Program-made: the position numbers and the translations under genes
In this document: piece after piece, positions 58,427-62,775 of the stretch
Position numbering within the stretch: the stretch's first letter is position 1
How the letters are laid out: each line of letters starts with the position of its first letter
Notes under the pieces: generated by a model
Told to the model about the DNA's origin: nothing
The model's database searches: none
What the model saw: only the letters and a program-made list of their open reading frames with translations
Origin: Thermoproteota archaeon
GTDB lineage: Archaea > Asgardarchaeota > Jordiarchaeia > Jordiarchaeales > Freyrarchaeaceae
DNA: 62,775 nt
Direction: 5' to 3'
Assembly (NCBI GenBank): GCA_029258835.1
Contig: JAPDJY010000025.1
Span: forward strand, 1 to 62,775

Positions 58427-59542
58427 TTACGTAAGGAAGTCCACGATCTTCCTTTCGAGCTTTGAGAGAGCTCTGAGAACGATCGGTTTCTTGAAAACCA
58501 ACTCTAATTCTACGAGTAAGGTGAAGAGAATGATGGTGGACGACACGTAGTCGTTTGCGAGGAAATAGCCTAGGGCGCCAAGGGAGCCATAGAAGCCTAT
58601 GATGGTTGCAGTTATGACTTTTAACCTTTCCTCCCACGCCCCCCCGCTTCGCTTAAGGTACATTACAAATCCTAAGGGAGCTAACGTGACGAAGAGAAGC
58701 AGGTAAACGAGCGCGCCTACCTCAGGGAAACCCTCATACTGGTAGGAGTAAGGCAACCACCAGGCAATCTGAAGGAGAGTTAAGATGGAAACGTCAACTA
58801 CTGGAACGTAACGTTTCACCTTCCTCCCGCCTCCCTCATATTCCCCCCCAAGTAACGTCCTCGAGTGCGACCTGTCCTTCACCCTCTTAACAGATAAAAT
58901 GGCGAATACTGCTATGAGAGACGCGACCGCTAACGCCGCCTCCAGCCTAGGTTTAAAATGCTGTGTCACTGAGACGTAGATCGGATTTCCAACGTAGAGA
59001 GCCGCCAAGTAGGTTAAGACGAGTAGGTATTTTCTTCTTGTCAGAATTGGGCCTCTATTCCTCGGGAAGTACCGGTCTACTATTAGGAAGGTTAGGGTTA
59101 CCGTGTAAACGGCGTGGAAGACTGTTAGGAAGGTAGCCCAGACAGTGTTTAACCCCAGGAAACGGCCGTATCCAGGCTTAAGCCACTCGGTGACTGGGGC
59201 ATAGAACGTTAACGTCATCACCCCCTCTTCCAGCAGTCCAAAGAGAACGCCTAGAAAGAAGACGTCCTTGTAGTTGAGGTCGAAACGAGAGTAAATATCT
59301 TCCAGTATTAGGAGTTGGAGGGCGTAATACATGAACGTGACAACAATGTTTGACGGATAAAGGAACTCATACGGGAAAGTCCCCATGGATACTGCCTCAG
59401 CGTTCCATGCACCCACCAAAACTAATGCTAGACATCTTCTCAGAGAGAAGCGTCTCTCGGCGACTGCAAGGCTTGGCTCAGCCCTCAACTCCTCTCCCCC
59501 TCTTCCAGAGCAAGCCGTAGGGAAACCTTTTGTAACCAACAT
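58427..59542 (-). CDS. Polytopic membrane protein of unknown function
   Basis: ~9-10 TM segments; LGxxFGLLEEG and GxNxxW...FHAV motifs. Confidence 0.75.
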   Translation of the reverse strand: MLVTKGFPTACSGRGGEELRAEPSLAVAERRFSLRRCLALVLVGAWNAEAVSMGTFPYEFLYPSNIVVTFMYYALQLLILEDIYSRFDLNYKDVFFLGVLFGLLEEGVMTLTFYAPVTEWLKPGYGRFLGLNTVWATFLTVFHAVYTVTLTFLIVDRYFPRNRGPILTRRKYLLVLTYLAALYVGNPIYVSVTQHFKPRLEAALAVASLIAVFAILSVKRVKDRSHSRTLLGGEYEGGGRKVKRYVPVVDVSILTLLQIAWWLPYSYQYEGFPEVGALVYLLLFVTLAPLGFVMYLKRSGGAWEERLKVITATIIGFYGSLGALGYFLANDYVSSTIILFTLLVELELVFKKPIVLRALSKLERKIVDFLT

Positions 59543-59602
59543 AGTTATAAGTATTACGTGTCTTTTTACCTTTGCTAAACGGTCCTCCTTGAGGGATAAA
59601 GC

Positions 59603-60931
59603 TTGAACCCTGAAGAAGCATTTTCTAGAGTGAGAGCCTTAATGAAGGAGCACCATAACTTCTTCCGCGGATGCATACCCTTAATCGCAAGCGAGAACGT
59701 GGCTAGCCCGGCTGTTAGGGAGGCCCTTCTCTGCGACTTCGCGCATAGGTACGCTGAGGGATGGCCGGGGGAGAGGGTGTACGCCGGGTGCAGGTACATA
59801 GATGAGGTCGAATTATTATGCATAGATTTGGCTAAGAAGCTCTTTAAAGCGGAGTTCGTTGACGTGAGGCCTGTCTCAGGGGTGATAGCGAACCTTGCAG
59901 TTTACACAGCTTTCACGAGCCCCGGAGACACCATGATGGCGCTCTCCATCCCAAACGGGGGGCATATAAGTCATGCCGCCATGAAAACGAAGAATGGCAG
60001 GTTTCTCGGAGGGACGGCAGGAGCCGTCCATGGGCTTAACGTTGAGTACTTCGTCTTCGACAGGGAGGAGATGAACATAGACGTGGATGCGTCCGCCAAG
60101 AAGATAAAGGAGGTTAAGCCAAAACTCGTCCTCTTCGGCGCGTCAGTGTTTCTTTTCCCCCACCCCGTTAAGGAGCTCAGCGAGGTTGCAAGGGAAGTGG
60201 ACGCATACGTGTGCTATGACGCGGCACACGTAGCAGGGCTGATAGCGGGGGGATACTTCCAAGACCCGTTGAGGGAGGGAGCGGACACGATGCAGATGAG
60301 CACGCATAAAACCCTTCCCGGACCGCAGCACGGCCTTATAGCAGCTAGGGAGGAGCATGGTGAAGCGGTAAGGAGGGCGGTTTTCCCGGGCTTGACCAGC
60401 AACCATCACCTTCACCATGTGGCTGCATTAGCCATAGCACTAGCAGAGTTCATGAAGTACGGAAGGGAGTATGCCGGGCAGGTCATTAGGAACGCTAAGG
60501 CGTTAGCGCAGGCACTCTACGAGAGGGGGTTTAACGTCTTGGGAGAGCACAAGGACTTCACCGAGTCGCACACGTTAATAGTGGACGTAACAGGTTTTAA
60601 GGGTAAGGTTGGGCTGGGCGGAGACATAGAGAGGCTCTTAGAGAAGGCGGGGATAATAGTTAATAGGAACCTTCTCCCTTGGGATTCAAGCGAGGGGAGG
60701 AGCTACCTTAACCCCGGCGGGATCAGGCTTGGAACCAGCGAAGTAACCAGGATAGGGATGAAAGAGGGTGAAATGGAGGAAATAGCTGAGTTCATAAAGA
60801 GGGTGGTCGTCGACGGAGAGAAGCCGGAAATTGTCCGTGAGGAGGTAGCCGAGTTCAGGAGGGAATACCAAAAGGTGCACTACTGCTTCAAGTCGATGAC
60901 GGAAGCATACGAGTACATTGAGATACCCTAA
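59603..60931 (+). CDS. glyA: Serine hydroxymethyltransferase
   Basis: LIASEN, RYAEG, GGHISH, YDAAH, STHKTLPGP, GIRLGT. Confidence 0.97.
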   Translation: MNPEEAFSRVRALMKEHHNFFRGCIPLIASENVASPAVREALLCDFAHRYAEGWPGERVYAGCRYIDEVELLCIDLAKKLFKAEFVDVRPVSGVIANLAVYTAFTSPGDTMMALSIPNGGHISHAAMKTKNGRFLGGTAGAVHGLNVEYFVFDREEMNIDVDASAKKIKEVKPKLVLFGASVFLFPHPVKELSEVAREVDAYVCYDAAHVAGLIAGGYFQDPLREGADTMQMSTHKTLPGPQHGLIAAREEHGEAVRRAVFPGLTSNHHLHHVAALAIALAEFMKYGREYAGQVIRNAKALAQALYERGFNVLGEHKDFTESHTLIVDVTGFKGKVGLGGDIERLLEKAGIIVNRNLLPWDSSEGRSYLNPGGIRLGTSEVTRIGMKEGEMEEIAEFIKRVVVDGEKPEIVREEVAEFRREYQKVHYCFKSMTEAYEYIEIP

Positions 60932-60981
60932 AACACACTTTAACGTTAAGAAGCATTTTTGGTTGGGTGACGGCGGAGCTG

Positions 60982-62628
60982 CTAGCCCCCCTTCCTCCTT
61001 TTAAGAGACTCTCTTATGAAGGCTTTGTACACTGGGCTAGGGTTGTCAGGTCTGCTCTTAAATTCCGGGTGGAACTGCACCCCGACGATCCATCCGTCTT
61101 CAAGTTCTATTGCGTTGATTATTCTGCCTGTCTCGTCGTAGGCTGACACCTTCATCCCTGCTTCCTCGGCCTTTCTGGCGTACTCGGGAATTATATGGTA
61201 TCTGTGCCTGAAGCGTTCAACTACGACGTCTTGCTTGTAGGCGTCCCACAGCTTCGTGCCCCTAACCAAGTACACTTTATGTCCTCCGAGACGCATGGTT
61301 CCGCCTTTATTCCTAAGTTTCCTTTGCTCCGGTAGAAGGTCGACGACAAGGTGGGGAGCACTTGGGTTAACCTCCGAGCTGTTAGCATTCTTTAAGCCGA
61401 GGATGCTCCTGCAGAAGGCTACGAAGAGAAGTTGCCCTCCAAAGCATATTCCTAGGTAGGGGATTCTCCGCTCTATTGCATACTCTGCAGAGAGGATCAT
61501 CCCCTCCACGCCTCTCATTCCGAATCCTGGCGTTAGGAGGATGCCGTCAAAGTTCTCGAGGACTTCCACGCTGCCAGGGTCTTCCTCAAAGCTCGTGGTG
61601 TCTATCCATTCTATGCTTGGCTTGGCGCCGAGGCTGGCGGCGGCATGCCTAATTGCCTCGTTAATGCTTATGTAGCTGTCAACTATCTGAGTGTATTTTC
61701 CCGGCATAGCTATCCTAACAGTCTCCCTAGCGTTTTCGTATAGGGAGACGAGACGACTCCACTTTTCAAGGGAGGGCTTCCGTGGGGGGAGGGAGAGGAT
61801 CTTGCACAGGTATTCTCCTAGCCTCTGCTCCTCAAAAAGGAGCGGCAACTTGTATATAACTTCCATGTTGGGGTTCGATATTACTGCTTCAGGGGGGACG
61901 TTGCAGTAGAGGCTAAGTTTCCTTCTAACGTCTTCCGACAGTGGCTCCTCCGACCTGCACACTATGATGTCTGGCTGAAGCCCCATTCCCTGAAGCGTCC
62001 TCACACTATGCTGGGTTGGCTTCGACTTTTGCTGCTGAACCGTCTCTAGGAAGGGAACGTAGGTCACGTGCACGAGGGCAGTGTTCCCTTTACCCTCCTC
62101 CAGCCTAAACTGCCTAATGGCTTCTAGGAAGGGCATTGCTTCTATGTCGCCGACCGTACCTCCTACTTCTATCAGCAGGATGTCCGGCTTTTTCTTCTCG
62201 GCGACACCTCTAATTCTCCTTTTGATCTCATCAGTTATGTGAGGGATGATTTGTATGGTTCTGCCTAAGAATTCTCCCCTTCTTTCCTGAAGGATAACCG
62301 TGAGATAGATTTGACCGGACGTTATGTTCTGCTCAGGTGAAATAAACTTCCCGAGGAAGCGCTCGTACGTCCCAAAGTCCTGGTCTATCTCGGAGATGGT
62401 GAGTTTGAATCCTTTAACCGGCCTGAACTCCCAGACCTCCTCCGTGATGTAAACCTCCCCGTGTTCTACGGGATTGAGCGTACCGGGGTCAACGTTAAGG
62501 TAGGGGTCTATTTTTATCACTTCAACATCATAGTTCCTAAACTGGAATAGCTTACCTATCGACGCGGTAGTGACGCCTTTACCTATACCAGACATTACAC
62601 CTCCGGTCACCATGACGTACTTGGTCAC
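60982..62628 (-). CDS. pyrG: CTP synthase
   Basis: [42 protein letters not shown]. Confidence 0.97.
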   Translation of the reverse strand: MTKYVMVTGGVMSGIGKGVTTASIGKLFQFRNYDVEVIKIDPYLNVDPGTLNPVEHGEVYITEEVWEFRPVKGFKLTISEIDQDFGTYERFLGKFISPEQNITSGQIYLTVILQERRGEFLGRTIQIIPHITDEIKRRIRGVAEKKKPDILLIEVGGTVGDIEAMPFLEAIRQFRLEEGKGNTALVHVTYVPFLETVQQQKSKPTQHSVRTLQGMGLQPDIIVCRSEEPLSEDVRRKLSLYCNVPPEAVISNPNMEVIYKLPLLFEEQRLGEYLCKILSLPPRKPSLEKWSRLVSLYENARETVRIAMPGKYTQIVDSYISINEAIRHAAASLGAKPSIEWIDTTSFEEDPGSVEVLENFDGILLTPGFGMRGVEGMILSAEYAIERRIPYLGICFGGQLLFVAFCRSILGLKNANSSEVNPSAPHLVVDLLPEQRKLRNKGGTMRLGGHKVYLVRGTKLWDAYKQDVVVERFRHRYHIIPEYARKAEEAGMKVSAYDETGRIINAIELEDGWIVGVQFHPEFKSRPDNPSPVYKAFIRESLKRRKGG

Positions 62629-62775
62629 CTATACCACCACTCCGGACAGGGGAACCGAGTTACGTAGGAAGAAAAACCTCCTCCACTATTTAAAGTTACC
62701 ACGAGGAAGATATTAACATTAAAAGCATATAAAAGTAGATGAGCCCTCGGTAAGTGAGCGAGGGACGTGCGGTTT

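Overview
Archaeal chromosome segment. It is most likely from an Asgard archaeon; this is inferred from a complete RING-Ub-E2-E1 ubiquitin operon, a longin-like protein, a PH/GLUE-like protein and a CCDC47-like protein, together with archaeal informational genes. Housekeeping content: nep1; the rnp4-rps19e-PDCD5-rpl39e-rpl31e-eif6-rplX-pfdA-ftsY-argF string; dtdA-ftsZ-secE-spt5; a six-gene shikimate/chorismate operon; ABCE1, nadA, glyA and pyrG. Accessory content: an orphan cas6 with no array in the window, a decayed IS607 (tnpA+tnpB) inside a pseudogenised SDR epimerase, and a long coiled-coil/wHTH protein with 42-bp repeats. The best candidate for an undescribed system is 6.6-15.8 kb. There, a cytoplasmic YbdK/GCS2-type carboxylate-amine ligase fused to ~700 aa of Ig-like domains is in an operon with an FGase-like protein and a coiled-coil protein, just downstream of a small Glu/Lys-rich protein. 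That operon converges on an amidohydrolase and a CDC48-N-domain/vWA fusion, suggesting a peptide-ligation (tagging/untagging) module. Also notable: ubiquitin and E2 are in frame across a single TGA, with no canonical start for the E2 N-terminal helix; aroA apparently starts at CTG; and an unannotated 51-aa basic ORF or structured RNA lies after ABCE1. All family calls come from motif recognition by eye, not database searches.
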